51,732 nt of DNA from Chromera velia (taxonomy: Eukaryota): positions 1-51,732 of the forward strand of contig JAHBMJ010000272.1 in assembly GCA_018398765.1 (NCBI GenBank), read 5' to 3'. Both the position numbers and the translations under genes were made by a program. Of the stretch, positions 29,991-42,500 are shown piece after piece (within the stretch, counting starts at the first letter, position 1; each line of letters opens with the position of its first letter). The notes beneath the pieces were generated by a model. That model worked only from the letters and a program-made list of their open reading frames with translations. It did not search any database and was not told the DNA's origin.

Positions 29991-31300
29991 TACACATTCA
30001 GACACGCACAATTAGCTCATCAAAGTTCGATCAAATGCGTGCAACTTTCTACTCCCTTTCTTTTCTTTCACTTGTTTGTAAACGTTTTTCTGGTTCATAG
30101 AGAATGGAACGAAGAGACTGACAGACAGAAAGACACATGGATAGACACAGAGTCAGGTCTTCATTTTGGCTCCTACCTGTGCCAGTAGAGAGACGGAATC
30201 TTGTCAGAGAGTGGCCAGACATGAGACCGAAAAGAGTGGAGGCAGAATGGAGGACTTGTGCTTGTGAGTCAGTCAACAAGAAGCACGTGAGCAATGAATA
30301 AAGGAAGAAAGCAAGGAACGAAAGAAAGATCATCACAGCATTCTATTCGGCATGCATTTGCTCCAAAAAGCAGACGGAGGACGGGCGACTGGAGACTTCT
30401 CTTCTCTTCTCTACCAATCAACACAATCACTCACTCACTGACTGACTCACTGACTCACTAACTCACTGACTCACTCACTCACTCACTCACTCACTCACTC
30501 ACCGACTGCACCCTATGGGTCAGAAAGTGCCTCTCTGCATGATCCCTCTCGGGGTGGGACTTTTTCTCTTCGTGCAAATGCTTCATGTTTTCTTTTGAGA
30601 TTTTCTCTCCTTTTATCTGCTATTCAGTTTGATCGATACTTGCTCCCTTCGCCTCGCTTTGCTGCGTCTGCGTCGGGGCGGACCCCTGTAATTGTCCCCA
30701 CTGCTCTCGTTTCCCTTTGCACACTGTGTGAGTGAATTCTTCGCCATGTGAAAGCTTCCTGCCTGTAAGGCAATTTCTGAAGACAGCCTCTTGAATTTCT
30801 TGTCGTTGCGTTACGAAGTGGCTGATTGAATTCGTTGATAGAATAAAAAAGGCATTTTGAATTTCAATGCCTCCATTGAATTCTGTTTTTATGAAGAGAA
30901 TTCTCTCTCTTGTCCTCCTTTTTTCTCCCACTGGTTTCTGTATGTCTGGTCTGTACTCATTTTCTTCTTCTTCTGTCCGGTCAATGGATGAAAGGAAGGA
31001 AGGTGCTCTGATCAACTTTCTTTGCCTGCCCTGTTCCACTTCCTCATCCCGGATCGCTTCTTTCACACATTTTCCGCCTTTTTCTTTCTGTTCTGATGTT
31101 TGCTTCACGAGCTCTCCAAATCTTTGGAAGTTTCTGAGGCGCCTTCAGCAGACGTCTGGCTTCGTTTGTCGATTCATACATTCATTGATTCATTCATTCA
31201 CGGATTCACTTACTCACTCATCTTCCATATACCCATCCATCCATCCATCCATCCATCCATGCATCCACGCGTTTACATGTTTACTGTCTCTGTCCGTCCA

Positions 31301-32115
31301 TTAGACGTCGAGTCCTTCCGTCTCCGTCTTCTGCCTCCGCACAACCCCCTGCGGCTCCCCTTCCACACTTTGCCCTCGATGGACATTTACCAGAAGAGGA
31401 GAGGGGTCGTTGTCCACCTTGGCCTGCTCCAGACTCCTCCTTCTCTCTCGAGAGTTCTGACTCCCCCCTGTACCCGACCCGTAACCGTAGTACTCCAATC
31501 GGAAGTCGAAGTGGTGGTTCGGTTGGCCCACCGCAAGGGCCAGGGCGTTGGCAATGTACACCCCCTCTCCGCACAACGCACCTGCAGGCAAAGGATCGAG
31601 GTGCTTTGAACGGTTTTTCAAAAAACATTGGGAAAACTCTACGGCCGTTCTTAGCGCAACGCAAAACACCAAAAACAAAATTCTCATGCTTTGTCCGCTC
31701 GGATGCCACGCATGCCCAGCCCCGGCCTCTTCTGCATGCACTCGATGCACCTGTGGCGGGACTTTCAGATCATTGACAAAAAGTCTCTTTGAAACGCATT
31801 GAGATTTCTACTCGGCATTCTCCAGTCTTTCTATCCCCTCCTGTCTCCACCCGCTTAGCGAACACACCTGTAGCAGGACTTCCGCAGAAGGCCACAAGAG
31901 TCTTGTACAGCGCCTCATGGCTGTTGTTGCTTGCAGGTTGCGTGTCGTGTATGAGTTGGTCTTTCATGGCGTCCTTCATCAATTTGATCAGGTTGGGCCG
32001 ACCGAAGAAGACCCGTTGCTCAAGCGGAGTGCCCTCGATCTGCAAGCAGGGCATGTGAAACAAACGGGCGTTCACACGACCAGACGCAGACTTGCACGTG
32101 CGCACAGACACACAG

Positions 32116-32163
<48 letters not shown>

Positions 32164-35100
32164 GCCACCGTCGGTGTGTGTGGGGGAGGTTCCGCTGCTT
32201 TTGTTCTTGTCTGCCCTCTTGAGATGGAATTGATCGACTTGACCCTGTCTGTCACGGTCCATGATCATCACTTCAAACGCACAGCCGGACGCAAACAAAG
32301 TGTCGAACGCAGAGAGAGAAAGAGAAATCGGGAGAGGGAGAGGGGTCAGAAGAGACTCTCCCTAGCTCCGTCCCACCTTTCCTGTGAGGCTTCTCAATTT
32401 CGAGTTGTCTTTGTCTGTGCAGTAGATTTCCATCTTGACGAAGCTGCAGGGAGGGAGGGAAGGAGACAGGCAAGCAGGTGGGAATCGAAGATCGTTCGTG
32501 CCATGCAGGATGAGTGCACCAATGGAGGACAGGGAAGCAGGAGACTGTTGTTGGATGGTTAGGTGAAAGTTGGATCGAGCTCTGTTTGAGGGCAGCAAGC
32601 AGGAATTGCTGTTCAATGAGCCACGGAAACAACCGACAAAGAGAAAGCGAGACGTGCAGACATCTGGACAAAACTTCTGCTTTCAGTTTTTCTTTTGTTC
32701 AAAAGAGAGCCTTCTAGGCAAGAAAGCAGAACAACAGACCTATCAAAAAGGCCCTCCCCGAAGACCTCGAGGAGGTCTGTGCAGACAGTTTTCATCTCAG
32801 GCAGGGCCCCGATGACCAGATCTGCAGACCTGCACACCCACACGAGCTTGAAGGACAAGTTCCCCACGAAGTTTTTTGCGTGGCTCCCGTCCTGCAGGGA
32901 GACAAAAGGGGGGGCTATTCGGTTATGCGTCTTCTTTCATGTAAGCTAGAGAAAACAAGGAAGAGCTGAAATGCTGTGAAGACATGCAGACGGGTGGAAA
33001 CCGGCCACATGAGTCTGCAAGACTGGTGTCTCGTCAATCTTTGTATGGGTGCAGGACAGCGACGGTTGTGCTCTCTTCAACAGGAGAATTCAAAGTCCGC
33101 CCGCTCGCTGTTTTGCAGCACTGACCGAGCTCCCTAGCTCCCGACTATGAAAGAATTTACATCCCTGCCTGACCGCCCTGAAATGGGTGCATGTACACAA
33201 ACGACCTTCGAATGTGTGCATGTGCATTCGATTATTCAAACTACTAATGCAAGCGTCATGCATCTTCTCTGCAAATTTCTTTCTGTATCCCCATGCTGCC
33301 GTTTCCTTCCGACTGACCTCCTTGATTCCCCTCGTGTGTGTGAAGACCGTTGAGGACATCCACAAGCGAATCAGACGGTAGAGGTGGAGGGACACCCGAG
33401 CAGTCAGTTGGGCCTCAGAGGGGTTGTCGAAGTCGTTGTCCAACCACCAGATTACCTGAAGTAGACAATTAAACAATGTCAACTGATGTATGTGTTTTTT
33501 TAAAAAGAATTCTGTATGAAAATGAATCCATACAATTGTCGAAGTCGCTGTCCAACCACCAGATTACCTGAAGGCGACAACACACGTCGTGGCAACCATT
33601 CTGTTCCATATGCTGAGGTTGTGCTAATATCAATCCTCAACACAAACGAAAAACACCATTTCTTGTCAACGGATCCCCTGAGTAGTGCTTCAGAGCTCAC
33701 ACATATACCACAGCACCGTATGAACGCAAAGGCATTTATTCAACAGACGGAGTGTCTCGGACTTCTCACGCAGCAGCTGAACCTGACTCTATTATTTTCT
33801 TGGCGCCCAGCAGAAGAAAATTTGCCGACACACAGACCGACCTGTCCGATGACCATCGCGCAGATGACGAGAATGTCCAGCATGTCGAGAAATCCGAAGG
33901 GGAAACGACGGGGAGAAACCCATCTGCAGAGAGAAAGAGAATTAAACAGAGAGACAGACGAATGCGCACTCATTTTCAACCTTCACAAGCACGCACACGT
34001 GCGGCAAGGAGAGCCAGAGAGAAAGGAGGCAACCACAGACAAAACAGTGACAGAGAGAGGAAAAGACACAGGAAGAAGGGTCAATATGATCCAAAATACA
34101 ACACAAGAGCACAAAAAAAGAGAGACGCAGAGAAAGAGCGACCTACACTGACACGAGTGCACGTTCACAGGATCCATTTGCCCCAGAAAGAACAAATAAG
34201 AGCACTGCAAGCGCACAAAATCGCCTCCCCTCCCCCTCCCCCCTGACCTGTACACGCACAGACCAACGAAGCACGTCACGAGTACCAGCGTGGAGTACTG
34301 AAGTACTTCCACCTGTTCAGGCAGTACTGCAGTCTTCAGATTGCCCCATGAGATAGTCAGTCCTGCCACCAGAATCTCCATCAGCATCACGAACAGACCG
34401 AAAGCGGCAATCACCGTGTGTCCCACAAACCGTTGGACTCTCAGTTTGGTCTTTTTGGCGTACGCGGCTTCCAGGCCCTTTCTCTTCAAAATCTTCAGCC
34501 TCCACCGGTTGGCAATCATCTGAGAGACAAAAGACAAGAGGGAGAGAGAGAGAGAGAGAGAAAGCGAGACAGAAACAGAGAGAAATAAAAAAAGAAAGAG
34601 AAAGAAAGAAAGAGAGGGAGGGAGAGAGAGAGAAAGAGAGAGAGAGAGATGTGGAATCGAAGCTTACAGTCAACTTAGAGAGGAAACGTTTAAATCGGAT
34701 GTTCCTCCCCTTGCAAAAATTCAGTGAAGAGAAACAGGAGCTGAGGTCTGTTCAGGAAGGAAATGGGGCATGCAGTCACATTTCGCATAAGCGACTGACC
34801 GAAGCAGCGAGTGAGCGTTTGTCAAGGCTTCTGTACTGTCTGAGGTTCTTTGCAGCCGCAAGTCTTGCTGAGGAAGCCAGAGCCTCTCTCAGAGCCTCCT
34901 TGTTCAACAGACGGAGACGCTCGTATCTGCATGCAGAGAACATGTACACACGCGCAGGCCGGAGAGAGTGGTGACTCCTCATCACTCGCTCGAGACTTCG
35001 AAGGACTGCAGAGTTACCTAGAGCATGCATGCGCCCATGTCGTCCCACCCCCATCTTGCCTGCCTGAACCGAACGTGGAACCAAAACGATCGAAGGGATA

Positions 35101-36714
35101 CAGAACAGACAGGCCCAAACGGTTCGACAGACAAAGGCAGGGGAAAGGAGAAGAAGAAGCAAAGACAGCCTCAGACATGTGAGGCACGCTTGACCCTCAC
35201 ACCCCTTACGCACCGCGTCTTCATCAAAGAGAGCATCGGGACGATCCCCGTGCCTGTGCCCACTGCAATCACACTATCGTAGTGCGAGGAGTCCTGAACA
35301 GCCGAACCGAAACCTCCCTGCGTACGCATGGGTGTGCAGATGAGTGTGCTTGTGTTTGGGTGCGTGACTGTGTATGTCTGTGCGTGCCCTTTCATCGAAC
35401 CGAGAGGGGATTTCGCCTTGTCGATTTCCCTTCTCTCAAATTGCGCGCAGAAGCACTTCAGAGACTCTCTTTCTGGACTTTCCAAGTGTGCTGTTCAACT
35501 CAAGGGGTTTGAGTGTCTCGCTGCCTCGTTTACCTGCAGACAAAAGCTCAGTTGTCTACTCTCTCATTTCATTCAGCTGAGCCTACCTGCACATTGAATG
35601 TCAGAGCTCTCAAGTTCTTCTCTGCTGCGAGGCTCTTGACCCTTTGCGACAACTTCCCACTCCACGAGTTGGGTCCGAATGTTTGTATGAGAAAGAGCAG
35701 TGTCCCGCTTGTGGGGTCACTCCCTATCGAGTAGGGGTGCCAGGTCTGGTCTATCTCAGGGCACTGCAGGAAGGCGTACTGGCCGGGTTGGAAGAGGAAG
35801 TTCCAGGGCTTCTCGAGGTTTAAGAGAACCTGCANNNNGGGGGGGGGGGGGAGAGAATGGATTTCAATTCAGGGAGATGCAAGAAGGAGCACATCCAGTA
35901 AAGGGCAGGATATTGCCCACCTGACTGACTGCCTGTGTCCAAATACAATGCACCCTGACTGTCTGACTGACTGACTGACTGACTGACCGCCTGCGTGTCA
36001 TCGGAGACATCGACACTTTGTGCCTTCACCCCCGTGAAAGTACTCAGCCCCGCCCAGAGTCGGTCAGTTGCGTAGAAGAGGAGTGGCCCGGAGAACCACC
36101 TGAAGTGCTCATAGAGATACGCAAAAGAGTTAAGGTGTAAATGAAATGTAGCGATACACAGAAGAGAACTGAGCAAAAGAGTTGAGACTTTCACCACCTG
36201 GCTGGATCCATGGACTGTCAGTGCAAAGACAACAATAACAGCTCATTCTCTCTCAAGATGAAGTTTTTTTTTTGGGATCGGTTCTCGCTCATGAGCCTCC
36301 ATCTGCCTCCCCTGCTCATGTACCCTCCCTCCAATGTTCCTTCTGACCTAAAGTTCTGCGATCTGTTCAGTCCCTTGTCTCTGAACTCCACGTCCAGTGT
36401 GTGCAGCAGGGCCAGGGTGTACATGGCAAACACAAGGTGGTGCACGTAGTAGAAGACCTCGTACTTGAGTCTGCTTCTAAAGTAGGAAGTGAACATGACG
36501 ATCAGAGTTGACGCCAGGATTCCGTATCCTGTGCCCATTATCTCGGACTCGAATTTCTTGCAGAATTGGTCAGTGGGCTCAACGCCGTCTTTCCAGTCCT
36601 GGCAGAGAACTCCGAAGAAGGCGAAGAAGACGATCACGGAGAGAATCATGATCGCACAGAAGACGTATCCGAGGTGGATGTGGAACTCCACCATGTGCTC
36701 AAACGGAATAATCT

Positions 36715-36753
<39 letters not shown>

Positions 36754-38716
36754 TGCAGACACACACACACACACATGCACACCACATGCACAGACACTCA
36801 GAGGACATTCAAGAAGAAAATAAGTCATCACATAGAGGCGAGTCTGTGTTTGCGTGTTCAAAGGGGCAAATGTCGACACACGCAAACACACATAGACACA
36901 CACACGCGCGCGCGCAAGCGCCCGTAGAAGAACATTTGTGGACAAAAATGCATGAATGTACACAATGCACGAAGTGTCGTTCACGAATCCGCTGGAGTTT
37001 TCTCTTCTCTCGCGTGTCTGCCGACAGCGCATTCTTTGACGTCAAAAACCCTGCTGTGAACCAGCAGCCCAGCTGACTTTATTCAGTTTTGTCATGGAGA
37101 GTCTGGTCAAAGTGAACCTGCTCATGGTGATTGGGATCAGAACGATTTGGAAGAGGATCGCATGCATGGCCCCGAACTCCAACGCGGGCACCACTCGCTT
37201 AGCCCACGCTCTGTTGGCCTTCAGAGGCACTGCGGCCGACTGGGCGTTGAACTTCTCGAGAAAGAAATGGGCCCAGATGACCATCGTGCAGATCGTGTGG
37301 ATGCCCCCGAAGAAGATCATCTTGTACTTGCTCATAAACCTGTACACACATAGGAAGATTTTTTTGTGAATCCTCGCACAGTTGCATCCATGAAAAGAGA
37401 TGAAAAGCTGACAGTAAGCATTCTCCTTTTCTTTTCTTCGAAGCGTGAATGTGTGATTTGGACTGAAAGAGGTCGATGCTTCTTCGAAAAGAAGAGAAGA
37501 CAGCGCCTGCCCGCAGCTCACCGGGGGAGGAGAAAATTCCTCCTTTCCTTTCAAATCGCTTCCTGGATCAATGCATGTGCGAGAAATAGAAAAGAGGAAT
37601 GGCAAAAAGATGCAGAAAGAAGAGAGATAAAGAAAGAGACAGAAGCAGATGGGTACAGAAACACGCAAACAATTTGCTGCATGCTTTCCCTGATTTTTTT
37701 CCACCGACCTTGGAGCGAGTTTCTGTACAGAGTTCAGTGTGTTGTTCTGTTCTGCGAGGACCTTTACGAGCTTTCTCTTCTTCATTTTCTGTTGCACGAC
37801 CGCGTTACACGTCTGTCTCCACACGTCGTTGGAGGCAATCTTGTCGAACTCCTCTGCCGACATACCCTTGCCCGTCTCCGATTTCTGGAGCGTCTGTTCG
37901 AAGATCGAGATGGACATCGAGGCCCTGTCAGGAGGCATGGAGACGGGCTCAAAGCTGCCGTGTCCGATGGTTTTCTTCTTGGGATCAGTCAGGGAGGGCA
38001 GGGGGGCTGTGTGGGTGTGTGAAGGGATTGGGTCTTCAGGGGAGGGGGGCACTGGGGGGGCAGTCTGCAGGCAGACGGAGTGAATTTGTGAGGGCTTAGA
38101 TGGGAGGACATGCAGTCTGTGATGAAGGACATCAGCAGGAAAAGCAAGCCGCAGGGACCTTGGTGTTCAGATACACAGTAGCTAAGCTTCATTCATTCAT
38201 TTCATTTCATTCCCTCGTTCGTTCGTTTTGCTTTCTCTTTCGTTTATTCATATATATATATGACCGATTTCAAATGACATCGGCTGAAAAATGAGCAGCT
38301 CTGGCCCCTCTTCGGTTTTTCTGGTGCCTTCTTTTCAGATTCTTGTTTCTTTCTCAATCATGCGATCAACCAAAAATATGTCTCTGTTTCTTCTTGAAGG
38401 CCTCTCTCGAAATGCCTCCCATCTTTGCGCCAGTCTGTTACATGCAGAAAGAGCGGATAAGCAACAACACGAGTGGGCGCCAAGAGACACGCACCTAGAC
38501 GGCACTTATAGCCATTGTACGTGCATACATGCGCATATATGTGCATATACATGCATACATTTTCACATTCATATATTAATATACCTGCAGTGGGTGTCCG
38601 TCCCCATGCAGGCCCTGTCTGGCGTCTGGAGAGAGATCACTAAGCGCCTCCTCCAGAACGTTGTCCAACATCCTCTCGCTTTGCCCCTGCATGGGGACTG
38701 ACTGCGCAGGCTCCAT
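31301..38716 (-). CDS. NADPH oxidase / ferric-reductase family flavocytochrome with a four-TM insertion in the NADPH-binding domain
   Basis: Exons 38716-38585, (38434-38371 and 38181-38159 uncertain), 38064-37709, 37339-37078, 36712-36348, 36099-35988, 35829-35587, 35317-35214, 34926-34800, 34519-34248, 33923-33842, 33455-33318, 32891-32740, 32443-32377, 32039-31868 and 31581-31301. Motifs: EFHIHLG, EVFYYVHHL...LLH, YATDRL, PGQYAFL, WHPYSI (FAD), QGGFGS, VGTGTGIVP, LVWVCR, GRPN, FCGSP, LEYYG. Confidence 0.93.
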
Positions 38717-39576
38717 CGGAACTCTGTCTGTTCTCCGTGGTCTGTTTCGTTTGTTCACTTAATTGAGCTTTGGTTTGGATTCGAGGAAGAGAAGGAAAGG
38801 CGCTTGCTCCTCCTCTTCTCTAGGCCAACGTGAAGCGTAAGGGAATCCGGTGAAGTCAGGAATGACCAACGTAATGCAGACATGCAGGGGACCATGCGCC
38901 CCTTTTTCAATTGCAATCCCGCGCCCAAAAAGTTGACCAACGCGCAGACAGGATCAGACAGGCGCGTCATGCAGGGGACCCCTAGCTTTGTCAAAAAGTG
39001 CATGGTCCGACCTGCAGACAGGGGCGTGGGGACCAAAATCATACCAAAATTTTGCATGTAGACGGCTTCTATATGCATATATATACCCATGCAATGATTT
39101 CCCTCGTACCTTGGTCTGGCAGACAGACCATCAGATTTTCTTTGCCACATTGAACTTCCTCTTCTGTGTTTGTCACCTGCCATTATTGACTGAGAGGAAC
39201 CGGTCCCCTGCTGCTTCACAACACGCACCCTGGCAGGAAGTGTTCGAACACACGCACCAAAAAATCAATCAAGGAAGTCCTTCGTCCCCCCATCTGGGGA
39301 GAGGATACGCACTTGCCGTACTGGTTTTTTCGTGGCTCTGGCTTCGGCATTCCTCATCTGCCTAGTCAAAAATATTCTTTCCTCGTTCCTTCAATCACAG
39401 AAACCGCAGAAAACACAAGCGGACAGCGCTGCTCTGGTCCTCCCAGACTGCATGACCGTCTCCTAGCTGCATTAACTTGGTCAACCGTCGATATCAGCGT
39501 GGCACAATTCCAAAAGGCGAAATCAGCAACACCAAAGCGATCGCTAAGCCTGACCAACTCAATTCGTTTCACCCGA

Positions 39577-42500
39577 ATGGAGGCTGCTGTGCGGTCTGGT
39601 CTCCGGTCGTTCTTCCGTTGTGGAGACGGCCACGAGGGAGCGTTCCTTCTTGTGCACCTCAACATCGTCATCTACGCAGTCAGCTTCTGGTTCGTCTCTC
39701 TGTCCTTCCTTCTGCTTTTGCACTCCGTCTCTGCGCACCTGCGTTGAAAGGAAAGGAAGTCAGAAGAGACTGCATGGCACAGAGGAGTGACGGGGCGCGG
39801 GAAAGGGGTGAACAGAAAAAAGATCATGGGGGNNNNNNNNNNNNNNNNNNNNNNNNNNGGGGGGGGGGGGACAGGGTCTGGAAGGACAAATGGAGGGTCC
39901 ATCACGGGCTTTGAGCAGAAGGGGGGTTGGTCACATCATGGAATGAAAAAAGCAGCTGGAAACTTTCGATACTCATCCCTCTGGCGTTTCACTTGAATCC
40001 TCTTTTCTACCTCCCTGCCTGCAGGCTCTGCCAACCCATTCTGCCCTTCTTGACGAAACAGCTGGGGGCAGATGAAGTCGCATACGGTGGGCCGGTCAAT
40101 CTTCTCCCTTTCCCCCTTTTTCGCAAAGACGTTAGGTAGAAAAAGAGAGTGGGGGGAAGGAAGCTGGTCTGTTCGACACATGCAGAGGAAGATACTTACT
40201 TGTGCGAAGGGGAACCGACCCGAAAGAATGATGTATGATCGGAAGGGAAGGGAAGGGAGAGGTCGATCAGATCATCTGACCTCATGTGACCAGAGAGGAG
40301 AGAGAAGCCCCCCGGTGTCTCATCGCTCTATGTTCTTTCAGATGGGCATCCATTTGTCGATACACACGATGGAATGGGTTCTCATTGTGTTGCCGGATGG
40401 TTACAGAGTTGGTTCTCCTCACGCTGTACGTGTCTTTTGTGTTGCCGGATGGTTACAGAGTTGGTTCTCCTCACGCTGTACGTGTCTTTTGTGTTGCAGG
40501 ATGGTTACAGAGTTGGTTCTCCCTTATCCAATTGATAGGGGGGCCCTGGATGGGAAGACTGACGGTAGGCTGGTTGTTTGTTTAGTCGATGTACGGATGT
40601 TTCTATTTATACATGCAGAATGTATCGGTGCATTCTCCGCAGTGCCTCCGTTGTTCTGTTGTTCTTTCTTTCTTTCTTTCTGATTTTCTCCGCCGGATAT
40701 GCACAGCATAATGCTCCTCGCTGTCGCTCTGTATTGTGCATTCAAAGGAATACGGGGGGGCAAAAAGAGAGAGAATGCACATCATAATGCTCCTCGCTGT
40801 CGCTCTGTATTGTGCATTCAAAGGAATACGGGGGGGCAAAAAGAGAGAGAGTGCACATCATAATGCTCCTCGCTGTCGCTCTGTATTGTGCATTCAAAGG
40901 AATAGGGGGGGCAAAAAGAGAGAGAATGCACATCATAATGCTCCTCGCTGTTGCTCTGTATTGTGCATTCAAAGGAATAGGGGGGCCAAAAGAGAGAGAA
41001 TGCACATCATAATGCTCCTCTGCACTTTTCCGCGTGCCTTGGAGTTTCGCTTGTGTGCAACAATAAAGGAAGGGGGGCTGCGGAGGTCCTCTTGAGGGAT
41101 TCTCTGTCTGCCTCCTGGAGAGTTGGGATGAGAGCTTGAGGGGTATCTGTGATCTCCTCAAGCTTCCCGGCTCTTCTACAAGTGCTCTAGAGAGACAGAG
41201 AGAAGAGAAGAAAACGACCCGTTCTTGACTGCTTGAAAGAGAAAAGGAGGGAAAGAAGGAAAGGAGGGAAAACGAGCAGAGAATGCTCTGGTGGTTTCTC
41301 TTCTGTTCTCTCAATCTTCTGACAATGATGACACAAACAGGTTGGAGGAAACGCGTCCTCTTCATTTATCTATTTTGTCTCTTCCCCCCCTCTTCTTTGA
41401 AGGACACGCAAGGCCCCCGGTATGCCCTCGTGACGACCCAATTGGCATCTGCGCTCTCGTACGGCCTCCTGGCGGCTGCACAGAGCCAGACTGTGCTCTT
41501 CCTCTCGAAGGCGCCCGCAGTCGTGCAACACTGCATGCAGGTGGCACAGGTCGGTCTTTCTTTTTTCCTTCTCTTCAAGAATTAAGAGATTCATGCAAGT
41601 CACTCACTCAGACCGGGTTCTTTGAGTCTCACGAACAAATACCTGACGGGATTGTCTGTTTTTGTCTGCGTGCACCTGCGGATGAGAAAGAGGAACGATG
41701 AAGACAGTCTCATCAGAGTCTCCGGAATGCTTTTCTTTGAGATTGATTAGTGCAGAGGGGATGAGAAAAGGAGAACATAAATGGTTGAGAGGAAGTGTGG
41801 ACAAAAAAAGTTGAAAGAAGTGTCAGAAGCAAGTGCAGGATCTCGTCTCTGCTTCGACGGACGAAGGCAGAAAAGCACGTTTATGTTTCCGATCATCCTC
41901 TTCGATGTACTTGTGCATGCAGACTTTCGTGTCTGCATACACAGATAGAGTCGATGTACTTGTGCATGCAGGCTTTCGTGTCTGCATACACAGATAGAGA
42001 CGTATTCGATGTACTTGTGCATGCAGGCTTTCGTGTCTGCATACACAGACAGAGACGGGCGGACAGAGGCGATAGGAAGGTTGGTGGTAACGTTTTGTTT
42101 GTCTTTCGTGAAGCCGAAAGAAACAAGAGGGAAGACGGGAGAGGTGAAAGAAGACTGGAAGAATCGAGATGAACAGAGAGGGGAGAGGGAGAGAAGAGAC
42201 ATGTGCAACGTGGGTAAAACAAAGTGAATCAAGACACATACTCCTCCTTCGAGTAGTCGAAGTGACTTAGGCTCTCGGCGTCCTCTGCCTTTATTTGCCC
42301 GTTTGCTTGTACTAGGCAAAGCGAAGTGAAACTTTGAGACGAATAATGGAAAGGAGAGGCAGTGAGTTCTGTTGCCAGGTGGGCTGCTCCCTCTTCCGGT
42401 GTCCCGTGTCCCCGTCCCCTGCTTGGGCACTAAGCATGTTGCCTGCATGTCAATCAATGCGCCTCTTAAAACAATCATACTTACATCGGCTCTTTGTCTG

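Noticed and set aside
29300..31300. ORFs downstream of the NOX gene (e.g. 30620-31108)
   Set aside because: No recognisable coding signal. Likely 3' UTR or intergenic.
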